From Candidatus Magasanikbacteria bacterium CG10_big_fil_rev_8_21_14_0_10_47_10 (lineage in GTDB: Bacteria; Patescibacteriota; Patescibacteriia; Magasanikbacterales; UBA922), in the NCBI GenBank assembly GCA_002773135.1, contig PFCB01000016.1, positions 1 through 57,506 of the forward strand: DNA of 57,506 bases, given 5' to 3'. Of this stretch, positions 35,808 through 46,967 are shown piece after piece. Position numbers and translations under genes: made by a program. The notes under the pieces were generated by a model. The model was not told the origin of the DNA and searched no databases. It worked only from the letters and a program-made list of their open reading frames with translations. Positions within the stretch are counted from its first letter, which is position 1; every line of letters starts with the position of its first letter.

Positions 35808-38800
35808 TTACTGCGCTCCTCTATTACAAATACCGTTTACCGGGATGTTACACTCCACGTCCACAATGTCTGTGGCGATGATACCGTTTTGATTGTTCGC
35901 GACAGAGACTCTTTCGTATCTTGGTGGATCATCCGGGCGATCACGACGAATGTTATCCAAATTAAATACATGCCAATAACGAGCCAGCGCCGGATTGGCA
36001 CTCGGTCTGGCCAGGTTCATTTTGTACACCTGTACCGGTGGATATACGGACAAATCAGGAATTTGTTCGTCCCAATCTCCTGAATAAACCTCAACTGTTA
36101 CGTTATGATTCCTAAAATTTGAAATCGGTTCACCCACACCGGCAGACACTGCCTGGACAAAAAAACCATACGATTTACTACGCCTATCGACACTGATATC
36201 AATGGTCGTCGCCTGAGCGTACGTCCGCGCAAGATGCGTTACATTATTCATGTACAAATCGCCACCATAGGTACGACAATCGTTAGTCCCATTTCCATCT
36301 GAATCAAATTTGGGCCACCAATAATTTGTCAACCGATTATTACCCTCTCTTTTGCTCATGGCCTCGCACCGGCCCCAACCGAGTGTCATATAGCTAACAA
36401 GGCCATTTTGCCCGATGGAGCCATCGGGATCGACTGCAAAATTTGGATTATACACATTCCCCACAAACTTTGTGGCGCCATTATCCACTGAACCATCCCA
36501 TCTGATCACAACACGAATATACCCGGGCGGAATTGCCGGCGACACGATCATTTCGTCTCGCACGGCCTGTATTTCTCCATTGACCGGATAGTCAAAGACT
36601 CCGGTCTTTCTTGGGAACAGGGCGTTAACTGCTACCCCCTCGGCAGCAGTGCTGCCACGCGGAGTCAAATCAAGTGGAACTTCCTGACGCCCGAAAATTT
36701 CTTCCAACGCAAACGCGACTTTGTATTGACCGGAACACTGGGGCGACGCTTGGATGCGCCAGCCGGCATCAATTAAGTTACTTGAAAAGAAATTGGTATT
36801 TGGATAGTTAATACTAGTTACTTTTGCATAAAACTCCCATGGATTTTGTCTGAACAAAAATCGCCTCATGTTCTGGGACCACTCCCTATTCACGTTCTGA
36901 TCATTATTCCCGGCAACATCTGTCAAAGGGTTGAGCATCTGCAGGGTTGGCACAGGCCCCGGCTGCCCTTGGGTGAGGCCACATTCAACACAGGTTGTTT
37001 CAATTTTTGTACAGTCATTGTTGCATGAAACTGTGCCAACATCACTACACTGTACATCAACCACTTGTTCCTCTGAAATAAATGCCGGTCCAACCTGAGA
37101 AGCAATTAATCTCGCAAAATCAGCTATGTCCACGACTGCCCCGTCTCGTGTATCGCACGCCTCATATTCGGCAATTTGAACACCACCAACTGTTGTGGAA
37201 GCGATTCTATCAATTTTACCATTCCCACAAAAACCAACAGGGTCTACAGTCAACACCGTGCGGCAATCAAACGAACAATAGGCACACGATTCACCATACG
37301 CCGGGTCGCAGGCAATGCCGTTTTTATTCCCCAAATCGCAGCGCTCCGGAACCCCATTGCCGTTTGGATTTTGGATCACACCATCACCGCACAAACCGGC
37401 TAATGCAATCTGCTCCGGCGCAGCGTCGCGCACCTGACACAGATTGTTGCACCCATCATTGTCAACCCTATTGCCATCGTCACATTGCTCACCTTCTTGA
37501 TCCTGGACAATACCGTCGCCGCAGTATTCTCCCGGCCCTTGGCAGTCGATTCCACACGAAAAATCTTTTGAAATATTATATGGGGTACCAAAGGTCCCAG
37601 GTTCAAATGGAACGCAATTCCCATAATTATTCCAGTTACGACTTACGTATGAATTATCCCGAGGGTTAAAGTTAAACAAATTCAAAGCACGGTCAGGTGG
37701 CGCTCCCACGCAGTCGCTGTTATCTCGACACAAAAGTCCCGGATCTCCGCTACAATGCTTGGACGTATATTCCCCAAGTTTCTCAATAAATTCGCCATAT
37801 ATACCTTGCTGAGCAGCGTAACCCAAGCTAAAACATAAGAGCAAATCTTCCGGTCTCTCTGCTACTCCACCATCGCCAAAGACCCCGGCACATATGTCTG
37901 AGACAGTTTGTGTAATATTTTCTTGAATTGAATTCTTTTCTTCATCTGTTAACGTGTCGGCCAATGGAAGATACTGACTCAATCCAAGCGCTGACATTCT
38001 TATCTTTAATGAATTGTCAGCACCTATCGTCTCTGACATGAAATCCAAATTGTAAATATTCTCACACTGCTCCAGAATACCCCCCGCTTCGGTCAGATCA
38101 AGAACACCATTTCCACAATACTGCGGATGACGTGCCCCGCATGCCCTGGATACCTGGAGTTCATTTCTTTGCCCCCCTCCCAGGCCCCCACCCAATTGCA
38201 CTACAATATCCGGCAGGCTGTCAGGCCCGGCACACTGTCCATACTTGCCATTCAAGTTACCGTCATCACACAACTCACCCGGCTCGACACTACCATTCCC
38301 GCAGACAGCGCCCGCTTCACACATGCCCACATCCCATCGGCATTCCGGCGTGCACAATCGCGGCGCAAGCGTGCCTCCCGGACACTGTGCCAAGCGAGCC
38401 TGTCCGCCGGGCACAAACCCTTGACACTGATCCGGTGCCGCCGGCTGACAGCCCGGCTGGTAGTCTCCACCGCCCGCGTACTGAGTTTCAAAAAATTTCG
38501 CAGGACTATTCGCGTAAATAATATCTCCTGTAATCCTGCTATACAGCTGCAAAGTAATAATACCATTGTAGGTGACCGCTTTTGTACAATCGTTCACCTG
38601 ATTGCAGGCAATTCCGGCAAGCGCCTGCGGCGATGACGCGGTCTTATTGGCCAACGTAATAATTTCTCCTGTTCGGTTATTTCGTATGCCACAATAGCCA
38701 TTTTTTGTGGTTGTTACCGGCATTCTATTGGAGGCAATTGTTTTAATGGTCCCAAACTTAGGACAATCCGCATTCGCAGAACACTGCCGCGCAGCATCCG

Positions 38801-41800
38801 CCGCGCAATTTCCCAGCACATCCAAAACGCCCACTTTCCCCTCATTTGTACGGACAACCGTACCGGCGGGATCACACTGCTCACCATCGTTCACAACACC
38901 ATCACCACACCTGCCGCCAAACGGACTGTGAATACCGCCAACGCCGGGAACAAATTGACACCAGCGCTCGGTGGTAAAATGATTCGGGTCAACAAAGCCA
39001 CCGTCTCCTGTAACAATATCTTCACCCGCCCCAAAATATTCCAGTTGCGCGTGAATCGTATAGTTGTTATTCCCCACAGCTTCGTATTCAAAGATGCTCA
39101 TGGTTTGCGGACATGCGTACGTTTGCGCGTCCGCGCTCCAACATGTTAATGGATCCTGCGCCACGCAGGTGTCTCCGGCGCCGCGGCCGGCACAGTCCTC
39201 ATTGCTAACGCACGACCATTCCTTGCCCTCACTGTCCGGCTGATTACACAGGCCACAACTTGACCATGTATTCACCGGGTCGGCTGGCAATACGCTGCTT
39301 ACCTGATTTGCCAAAACCTCTCGCCAAGATGGCCACCGTGAATTGGTATACTTTGGAATAAATGTGCCACCGGCCAACTGCGGATACGGTTCAGAGACTC
39401 GTCCCGCAGAGTAGATATTTAACTGCGTCTGGACCTGCCGAAGCGCGTTTAGACGCTGCCAATCCCGTAAAAATTTTGTTTTTGCATTTGAACAGACACC
39501 ATTTGTCCCCGGCAGGTCCACGCCAAACGGCGTTTGGCAATCAAAATCCGTGCTGCAGGCAGTATCTGACTCAGCTAAATGTGATAAGAAAATATCTGAC
39601 CGAGGAAGATTTTCACCGGCCCTTGCCGCAACACCCTCCGCAAGGCAGTATCCAAAATCAGTTATATTCGTATTGAATGAAAGGGAATCAATAATTTGCC
39701 GAAACACCTGCTGTGTGTCGACAAGCGAATTTGGATTGACACTAAACAAATAAATGTTGTTATACACCTGCCGTGTACCCTGACCGGCCAGCACTTGATT
39801 AAACGCGTCAATATAAAACGTACTGCCATCCGTGACACCACGGTAGCCGTCAACAACGACATCCTGCATCGCGGCCAAATTCACTTGAGGGAATTCAGCG
39901 GCAATCCATGCTCTGGCGTTTTTGCGCTCAGGATTTTTGAAAATTTGTATCCCGATGATATCATCATTTTTCTCATTGAAAAAGAAGGCTTGAAGTAAAG
40001 AATCTTCGCGCACCACGCCACCCAGGACATTGTTTTCCGGTCGGCAATCAGGAATTCCATTTTGGTCGGCATCTATGATCAACGGCAACTGCCCTCGCTC
40101 AACCAGCAGCCGGATAAACTGTGACTCCACAAGCGTCAACCCCGGTCGACAGTCAACATCGGCTTGTTCAATCGGTATGGTCGCGCAGGCACTGTTGCCG
40201 GTCTGAGCGATCTGCGAATAACACAGAAAATCCGCTACGCCAAGACGTCCGTCACCATTGATATCACCAAATAACCGCGCGCCACCGGCAACACCGGTAA
40301 TAACCGGACCTTTGAGATATGGTAAATCATCCACGGTTGTATCGGCGCGCCCGGCATCGGCGCAATAGCTCATGCTAAAATTATAGGCATTGTCCTGATA
40401 TGGGTACCGGTCTCTCGCCGGCCATGGATTGGCACAAAACGCGGCTATTAAATTGGTAAATCCGCTGAATGTTTTGCCGGTATCGACTTCTGTTACGTCT
40501 TCTGTCACTGTCAGCCGAGCGACTGCCGGCAATGTACCCTCTACCGCCCGCGCGGCAATGGTTATGGTTGAACTGGCCGATGGACCGTTTTGCGCCGGAA
40601 TATCAAACAGTGGATTTTCCCGCGGCCCCCAGCTCCATGCCCAGTTGTACACAGGTGAAATGGGCTGCAAGCGTTGCCCATTGGTACTTTCTATGACTGC
40701 GGTAAAGCCATGCGTCTCTCCGGGCTGTGTAAATAAATACCGGTTTGGTACCACTGCCACATCTTTCACACGGCAGATATCAGCTCCGGTAGTGAAGGTA
40801 ACAAAATCATTTGTGGCGTATCGCGCGTCCGCACCGAGGTTATTGCTCCGAATGCTAACACCAAGATCATTTTTAACGCCATTTTCTCCACCCAAAACCA
40901 CCACCGCGTACACGGTATTTGATTGTAAAATATTATCCAATGTCAAGGATATTGTACTTGTGGCGTGATCATTGGCAGACGCCACTTCCAATCCCGGATT
41001 TGGCGAGACACGGCCGGTACACCAAACACCCACATCTCCCACTTGGGCAAACACTTCACCGCCAAACAATCGCACAAAAAATCCTTTAATAGAGCGCCAC
41101 AGTCGTCTGAAAAATCCCGGCGCGTCGGACTCTTCTCCGGCGTACGCGAGAATAGATGTCACCTGCGGCGTCACGTCTGTAAGCCCCTCGGCCGCGCAAT
41201 CAAAGCCGGCCACATGTCCCTCTGCAAGCACCACATTGCCGGAGATGGAATTTTGGGCAAGAGCCGCGCCACCGTCGTAACTGACGGAAATCGCGGTGTT
41301 TAAACATACATTGCGAGCATTTTCAAGCGGATATTGGTCAACCCGCACAGGTCGCGGATAGCAGCAGGAGTTGGAGGCAACTCCAAACGCGTTGTCCAAA
41401 TTATCAGGGCAATTATTAAATGCTGTTGCCAACCGATTGAGCGAACCGAATTCTCTAAATCCACACTGAAGCGTGTAGTCACCGGCTCCCCGGATTACGT
41501 CACCGGCACGCAACTGGCCCACCTGACCATCCGCGCCAAGAATTGACTCGGCAGAAGCGGCAATCTGCGTTTGTTGATTCGCGTTTGGATCAGCCGCCTG
41601 CGGGTCAAACGCTCCTCCAACAGCTCTGACAACCTGCACCGGCAGCTGACCCAACTGCTGCTGCGGCTCAATCGCGCGACCCGCCTCACAGGCGTCAATT
41701 TCGCCAATCCCCGCCCGCCCATCCCCGCAATACTGCGCTGTGCTGTACGCGACAGAAGAGCCAAGCAGATGACAGTCCCGAGAGCATCCCTCGCCACCGT

Positions 41801-44800
41801 CACAATACACACCGCCCTGATCTTTTGAAGGAATCGTATCCAATCCGCATAAATTACCAAGCAAACACTGAGAAGAACAATTAAATGTTGAGGTTGTCAC
41901 GCCAACAGGTCCCACCGCGCCAACAACAAGCAGTCGATCCGCGAGCACGCCACCTTGTCCATCCGAAATAAATTCACATTCTTCTCCCGCGTCAAGAGTA
42001 CCATCACCACAGACACTCTGTGCCGCGTTGCACGCTTGCCTGATACCCACAATTTGCCCCTGATCAACAAGCGCGCGATTGAGCGTGCACCACGACTGCG
42101 ACAACGGTGTACCCACATGTAGACAGGATTGCGAACATCCAAGTGACGCCTGCGCAAGCACTGATGGATCTGCTCCGGCGGCAATCTGTGCCTCTACCTG
42201 CTCTATGGTCAACGCCAAATCGCAATCCTCTCCAACCGTTACACTGCCACTGCCACACCATGACTGCTGCAGCGCGCCGTCCGGTGGCTGACGGGTACTC
42301 CCAAGCCGTGTACAATTATTCGCGCACGAGACTTTTGTCGCTTCGTCCGCCGTATCGCATTCCTCACCCAGAAGTGGCTCCACGCGGCCATTTCCACACG
42401 ACGCGTCAGACGCGCCCGGTCGCAGACAAGACAATGAACAACTAATGCCGGGATTTTCCCCTTGCCCGGCTTGGCCGGCAATTTCACAATCTTCTCCCGG
42501 CTCAAGGATACCGTTGCCACACAAAGACGGCACGCGGCTGTACCCAAGCGGCACGTCTGATCCACTATATAGGCATGATGATGACGCGCAGTACGCGGGT
42601 GGTATGGTTTCACGCTTAAACTGAGATATCGTGGCGACCCGCGCGTCTCCTGTTGACCAATTCCATCCGTACTTCCAAGGATCCAGCTCCTGGCCAAACG
42701 GACTACAGCTATCTGACGCGCTAAAAGGAATGGAACTATATTTTGTTTTTTGACCAATTTGCCGTGCCGTAAACGGATCCGGTGTGATGCGAGCTGATTC
42801 GATCTGGCATTCTCCATCAACTGATTTTGTTCTGAATTTCCAAGAAAATGGTATTAAGGGCTTGCCGTTCACCGGCTGACCGCCAACAATTCGCCCGATG
42901 GATACCACCTGATCGCTTGCCTGAACCAAATACCACGTATTTTCTTCCAATGGCAATACCGGCACAAATCTGGCCTCCAATGGTGTGGGGTTAAACGGTT
43001 CAAGCGCAATCACGTCCGGACTAAGCATATCGCAAAACTCGTCGTCACATTTTTGCACAGTGATTCCTGCTCGATAGGTAAATGGATTCATTGCCCTGTT
43101 AAAACGCATCCCAATCATGGCATTGGTACATGACTCACCGCAGTTTGGCCAATAACTGCTCACGCGCGGATCGCCCAAGTCAACGAACAAATCACTGGAC
43201 GCGTCTTTTGGACCAAACCGATCTTGATCGTCCAGTGACGCAATAATGTCCACGCTTTGCGGCGCGGTATGCTCCAAGGCCTCCACAATGGCGCGCGAAT
43301 CCGCGTACCTATTGTTGGGGAATACTTGCGCGGCCGCCTGCGGCCCACCTGTTCTCCAGTCCCAACCCAATCCGTCAACATTCAATGCCTGACAAACGCG
43401 GTTTCCTCTGCCCCAGACAAAATAGTACAGTGGGTTCCCCGGATTATTGACGTTGGGTAATTCTTGAAAAATGTCGCCACCATCCTGATACGCGCGCGGA
43501 TCCTGAATCACACCCAAATACCGTGCCGTATAGGTGTTTGGGTTGACCGACGCCGCCGCAAGCTCGCACTCCCCGTTGCTTGTCTTAAATTCAAAACAAT
43601 AGGCGGTTCCATCGCCGCATGGCCGTGTCTGTCGAAGGGGAAAATTTTCTTCTACCGGACGGCCGAGAACCTGCACAACTTGCTGCGACTGAATCGTGTT
43701 TGCCAATTCAACACGATACCACGTGTTTTCTTGCAATTGCGGATTTCCGTCGGAGATTATCACTGTTTGCGGCCCTTCCATGCGAGGTGCTGGCTGCCCA
43801 TCGACCGGGACCTTATTGTTTCCCGTGCAGTCGGGCTGTCCGGCCGCTTCCGCACAGGTATACAGCCGTACTGTATTATTGTTAATACTGGCCTCATCCA
43901 TTTCAATGCTGAACTGCGCAAGAACAGAGGCGTTCAGACAGACATTTTCTCCATCTCTGTTTTGTCTCCACGGTGATGGCGATGGGATGTCTATATTGGC
44001 AATATCCGGGTTATCCCAATCTACTTCATTACATTGCTCCACAACTTCCGGAATATTTGGAATTCTGCCGGTGGTAAACCGCCATACATAGCCGGCGTCA
44101 CGAACCTCACCGGCGCAGACCAATCCGTCTTGTTTCCATTGCCCGGCTTCTTCACCTTCAATGCAACAGTGAAATCCTTGTGGCGCGTTTGCTTCTTCAC
44201 GGCAATCCGTCACATTGTACGTTACCGTATTACTTTGAAGCAGGTCCGTACCCAGCTTAATGCTTGCCGCACCATGATTCATGGAAACCCCGGCACCATC
44301 GACAGGAATAAATGTTTGAACCAGTGTCGCGTCCGCATTGGCAACCACATCGCCGCCCCAAGGGTTTGCGTGAAGCGCAGAAGAAAGCCAGGTACTAATG
44401 TCACCCGGATCAAATCCTCGACGTGAAAAATAAATCGTTGGGTCGTTTAAAAAATTCAATCCCGTCAACGTCAATGGCGCAGCTTCCTGTGGCAATGGTG
44501 CCGGACCCTGATTTGGGACAAGTCTGCAAATCCCCGGAAGCGGCTCTCCGGCCTCCACGGCAAGTTCATTGCTTCCATCTGTCTGAAACCCCCTGGCATT
44601 CCGAATCGCTATTTTGTATTCCGTGACCGGTGTTCCTACCGGTATTTGAAAAATAATTTGCTGGTTGCTCCATGTGTCACCACAAGCAGCCGGCAACTGC
44701 AGTGAACCGCGGATACATCCGGCAGCCCCGGCCGCGCATTGCGCAAGCGTTTCAGCATTTTGAGCCAAGAAAATTTCTCCATCAATTTCTCCAAACTGTT

Positions 44801-46967
44801 CTCCTATTAACGTGACCAAACTGCCGGCTGTGGTTTTTCCCGGATCAACAGACGTAATAACCGGTAAAAGACCTCTGTCCGCAGGATCTCCGATGCTAAA
44901 TGGTAGCCCATTGCTCACCTGATCGCCAACTTCGACTCGAACACCCACGCGACCCGGCGCCAACTGCGGCACCTGCGCAAAAATATTTGTATCATTCCAT
45001 CCACTGACCTGCGCGTTAAAACCACCGAAATCAAGATTCCCGGGTATTTGGCCGAACGCGATTCCTCTGGCGACAATATCATCGCCCGAAAAACCGCCAT
45101 TCACAGGCGCACCGTCACGTTCAAACGAGCACAACCCGGGTCGAAGCACATCGGTCACTAAAAAGAGGCCGGCGCGAGGACCGGGTTTTGGCCCATGATT
45201 ATTAATTGTGGTGTCTGAAAACGGTTCACCTTGCGCCGGTGCCGCCTGCACAACACGAACCGCGCTTTGCGAACCTATTGGCAGCGCGTCCGGAACAGAA
45301 ACGATGATCCAGTCACTGGTCCATGTGTCTGCAACACAATCCGCCGGAGCCGGCGCGTCAATCCATTCATCATCTTCAATGGCCTGATTTTGGTTTGCGT
45401 CAAAACCAAACGCCACCTGCCCGACATCATTACCAAAATTGCGTCCCAAAATTGTGATAAAATTCCCCGCCGCTCCATCCCACGGGTCAAGGCCGGTAAT
45501 CATGGGCGCGGCTATACATTGCCCATTTTCGCACCTGCGTGACGCGCACTGCCAGTCCGCATTGCATGCGCCGACACCCAGGCACTCGCCGCCAATATCG
45601 ACCCCGGCTTCTCCCTCATCTTGGATTCCGTTTTGACATAGGTCTCCTACAATGATAAAACTTGCCTGCTCTTCCACAAAGTGGCCGTCAAGATCAGTGG
45701 CACGCAGCGTGACAACATACCGCGCCGGAGCCGGCATGGCATTGCCCAAATTCAGTTCATAAAAGAATTGAAGCGGATCGTTTGTTCCCGCCTGCACTGT
45801 TGGTCCTGTGATATACGGACCCAACACGTCTGCCGGCGCGTCCGGCGGCAACTCCACTCGCTCCACCATCATACGCGCGGAAGATATACCACCCTGATTA
45901 TTTTGCCTATCTGAAAAATCAGCCGTAATAGGGTACCGCTTTCCCTTGGACAACAATACACCATTTTGATCCTGGTTCGCGGCAATGAGACCATTTATTT
46001 CAATGGGCGCGCTAAAGACCGGATTGACCTGATCGAGCGCGTCGGCGTTGTTTGTAAACGACGCTACACGAGGAAAATCTCCACATCGATTTTGAATAAC
46101 AAGCGGTCTGTTTTGCGCGTCTTTCAATTGATCGCTTACCTCCACCGTGTACGCGCCTTCCGCCAAGCACGACGCCTGTTCGTCTCCGGCGCCCGGCGCG
46201 CAGGCGGCTGTTTGGTCACCAAAATCCATTTCAATGACTGTACGCTCGGTAATACGTGATTGAACAGGCGCAACAGGCTGTCCGTCTCGCGATACTATCA
46301 CGACTTGCTCGGGGACAGTATCCGGCGCAAGCGCGTTGTTGAATATGACGCGAATAACCGTATTGGTCATGCCACTGGCATCGGTATTTGGAGAGATACT
46401 TCGCACAACAAAAAATCCACCCTTTGCCAAACACTGATCCACTTGGTTTCCACCACCACCCGGGTTACACAGCCCGAGTCCGGGACAGTTGTTATCTCCC
46501 CCCGGCCCGCCTTGCTGCCCTGCGACCTGCCCGACACCCGTAGCGTCTGACAGCCGGCTGATAACAAATTGTGTAATGGCAAACGATGCCATAATTATCC
46601 CCAAACCAATTGCACCATTGATCAATATTTTTTTGCCCTGCGCGACTTTGTCTTCACTCCCGCCGGATGTCATGTAGACAAATCCGCCGTAGATCACAAT
46701 TACAAGCGCGACTATGCCAAGCAGCCCCAGCGCGACACGAATAATGTTGGCAATGGTCACACGCAAATCCTGCGCACCGCCGCCCAAGGCAAGTCCGCCT
46801 TCAACCGCCTGCACGCCAAAGACATCCCCGCCGTCAACTTGCGCCTGAACGTGTCCTGGCACGCCACCAACAACGCCGACAATCAAAACCACACAGGCAA
46901 TAGCCGCTATCAATCGTCGCATGTGAATAAAAAAGCGCATTCTCATATTATTGGACAGGTTGATCAC
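35808..46967 (-). CDS. Giant (3719 aa) surface protein: TrbC/VirB2-like pilin N-terminus, Ig-like and IPT/TIG domains, Cys-rich CG(N/D)G repeats, dockerin/EF-hand-like motif
   Basis: IANIIRVALGLLGIVALVIVIYGGFVYMTSGG.EDKV; PMITGLDPWDG..G.FITILGRNFG; many CGNG/CGDG...GE.CD repeats; GDINGDGRLGVADF. Confidence 0.9.
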   Translation of the reverse strand: MINLSNNMRMRFFIHMRRLIAAIACVVLIVGVVGGVPGHVQAQVDGGDVFGVQAVEGGLALGGGAQDLRVTIANIIRVALGLLGIVALVIVIYGGFVYMTSGGSEDKVAQGKKILINGAIGLGIIMASFAITQFVISRLSDATGVGQVAGQQGGPGGDNNCPGLGLCNPGGGGNQVDQCLAKGGFFVVRSISPNTDASGMTNTVIRVIFNNALAPDTVPEQVVIVSRDGQPVAPVQSRITERTVIEMDFGDQTAACAPGAGDEQASCLAEGAYTVEVSDQLKDAQNRPLVIQNRCGDFPRVASFTNNADALDQVNPVFSAPIEINGLIAANQDQNGVLLSKGKRYPITADFSDRQNNQGGISSARMMVERVELPPDAPADVLGPYITGPTVQAGTNDPLQFFYELNLGNAMPAPARYVVTLRATDLDGHFVEEQASFIIVGDLCQNGIQDEGEAGVDIGGECLGVGACNADWQCASRRCENGQCIAAPMITGLDPWDGAAGNFITILGRNFGNDVGQVAFGFDANQNQAIEDDEWIDAPAPADCVADTWTSDWIIVSVPDALPIGSQSAVRVVQAAPAQGEPFSDTTINNHGPKPGPRAGLFLVTDVLRPGLCSFERDGAPVNGGFSGDDIVARGIAFGQIPGNLDFGGFNAQVSGWNDTNIFAQVPQLAPGRVGVRVEVGDQVSNGLPFSIGDPADRGLLPVITSVDPGKTTAGSLVTLIGEQFGEIDGEIFLAQNAETLAQCAAGAAGCIRGSLQLPAACGDTWSNQQIIFQIPVGTPVTEYKIAIRNARGFQTDGSNELAVEAGEPLPGICRLVPNQGPAPLPQEAAPLTLTGLNFLNDPTIYFSRRGFDPGDISTWLSSALHANPWGGDVVANADATLVQTFIPVDGAGVSMNHGAASIKLGTDLLQSNTVTYNVTDCREEANAPQGFHCCIEGEEAGQWKQDGLVCAGEVRDAGYVWRFTTGRIPNIPEVVEQCNEVDWDNPDIANIDIPSPSPWRQNRDGENVCLNASVLAQFSIEMDEASINNNTVRLYTCAEAAGQPDCTGNNKVPVDGQPAPRMEGPQTVIISDGNPQLQENTWYRVELANTIQSQQVVQVLGRPVEENFPLRQTRPCGDGTAYCFEFKTSNGECELAAASVNPNTYTARYLGVIQDPRAYQDGGDIFQELPNVNNPGNPLYYFVWGRGNRVCQALNVDGLGWDWRTGGPQAAAQVFPNNRYADSRAIVEALEHTAPQSVDIIASLDDQDRFGPKDASSDLFVDLGDPRVSSYWPNCGESCTNAMIGMRFNRAMNPFTYRAGITVQKCDDEFCDMLSPDVIALEPFNPTPLEARFVPVLPLEENTWYLVQASDQVVSIGRIVGGQPVNGKPLIPFSWKFRTKSVDGECQIESARITPDPFTARQIGQKTKYSSIPFSASDSCSPFGQELDPWKYGWNWSTGDARVATISQFKRETIPPAYCASSSCLYSGSDVPLGYSRVPSLCGNGILEPGEDCEIAGQAGQGENPGISCSLSCLRPGASDASCGNGRVEPLLGEECDTADEATKVSCANNCTRLGSTRQPPDGALQQSWCGSGSVTVGEDCDLALTIEQVEAQIAAGADPSVLAQASLGCSQSCLHVGTPLSQSWCTLNRALVDQGQIVGIRQACNAAQSVCGDGTLDAGEECEFISDGQGGVLADRLLVVGAVGPVGVTTSTFNCSSQCLLGNLCGLDTIPSKDQGGVYCDGGEGCSRDCHLLGSSVAYSTAQYCGDGRAGIGEIDACEAGRAIEPQQQLGQLPVQVVRAVGGAFDPQAADPNANQQTQIAASAESILGADGQVGQLRAGDVIRGAGDYTLQCGFREFGSLNRLATAFNNCPDNLDNAFGVASNSCCYPRPVRVDQYPLENARNVCLNTAISVSYDGGAALAQNSISGNVVLAEGHVAGFDCAAEGLTDVTPQVTSILAYAGEESDAPGFFRRLWRSIKGFFVRLFGGEVFAQVGDVGVWCTGRVSPNPGLEVASANDHATSTISLTLDNILQSNTVYAVVVLGGENGVKNDLGVSIRSNNLGADARYATNDFVTFTTGADICRVKDVAVVPNRYLFTQPGETHGFTAVIESTNGQRLQPISPVYNWAWSWGPRENPLFDIPAQNGPSASSTITIAARAVEGTLPAVARLTVTEDVTEVDTGKTFSGFTNLIAAFCANPWPARDRYPYQDNAYNFSMSYCADAGRADTTVDDLPYLKGPVITGVAGGARLFGDINGDGRLGVADFLCYSQIAQTGNSACATIPIEQADVDCRPGLTLVESQFIRLLVERGQLPLIIDADQNGIPDCRPENNVLGGVVREDSLLQAFFFNEKNDDIIGIQIFKNPERKNARAWIAAEFPQVNLAAMQDVVVDGYRGVTDGSTFYIDAFNQVLAGQGTRQVYNNIYLFSVNPNSLVDTQQVFRQIIDSLSFNTNITDFGYCLAEGVAARAGENLPRSDIFLSHLAESDTACSTDFDCQTPFGVDLPGTNGVCSNAKTKFLRDWQRLNALRQVQTQLNIYSAGRVSEPYPQLAGGTFIPKYTNSRWPSWREVLANQVSSVLPADPVNTWSSCGLCNQPDSEGKEWSCVSNEDCAGRGAGDTCVAQDPLTCWSADAQTYACPQTMSIFEYEAVGNNNYTIHAQLEYFGAGEDIVTGDGGFVDPNHFTTERWCQFVPGVGGIHSPFGGRCGDGVVNDGEQCDPAGTVVRTNEGKVGVLDVLGNCAADAARQCSANADCPKFGTIKTIASNRMPVTTTKNGYCGIRNNRTGEIITLANKTASSPQALAGIACNQVNDCTKAVTYNGIITLQLYSRITGDIIYANSPAKFFETQYAGGGDYQPGCQPAAPDQCQGFVPGGQARLAQCPGGTLAPRLCTPECRWDVGMCEAGAVCGNGSVEPGELCDDGNLNGKYGQCAGPDSLPDIVVQLGGGLGGGQRNELQVSRACGARHPQYCGNGVLDLTEAGGILEQCENIYNLDFMSETIGADNSLKIRMSALGLSQYLPLADTLTDEEKNSIQENITQTVSDICAGVFGDGGVAERPEDLLLCFSLGYAAQQGIYGEFIEKLGEYTSKHCSGDPGLLCRDNSDCVGAPPDRALNLFNFNPRDNSYVSRNWNNYGNCVPFEPGTFGTPYNISKDFSCGIDCQGPGEYCGDGIVQDQEGEQCDDGNRVDNDGCNNLCQVRDAAPEQIALAGLCGDGVIQNPNGNGVPERCDLGNKNGIACDPAYGESCAYCSFDCRTVLTVDPVGFCGNGKIDRIASTTVGGVQIAEYEACDTRDGAVVDIADFARLIASQVGPAFISEEQVVDVQCSDVGTVSCNNDCTKIETTCVECGLTQGQPGPVPTLQMLNPLTDVAGNNDQNVNREWSQNMRRFLFRQNPWEFYAKVTSINYPNTNFFSSNLIDAGWRIQASPQCSGQYKVAFALEEIFGRQEVPLDLTPRGSTAAEGVAVNALFPRKTGVFDYPVNGEIQAVRDEMIVSPAIPPGYIRVVIRWDGSVDNGATKFVGNVYNPNFAVDPDGSIGQNGLVSYMTLGWGRCEAMSKREGNNRLTNYWWPKFDSDGNGTNDCRTYGGDLYMNNVTHLARTYAQATTIDISVDRRSKSYGFFVQAVSAGVGEPISNFRNHNVTVEVYSGDWDEQIPDLSVYPPVQVYKMNLARPSANPALARYWHVFNLDNIRRDRPDDPPRYERVSVANNQNGIIATDIVDVECNIPVNGICNRGAQ

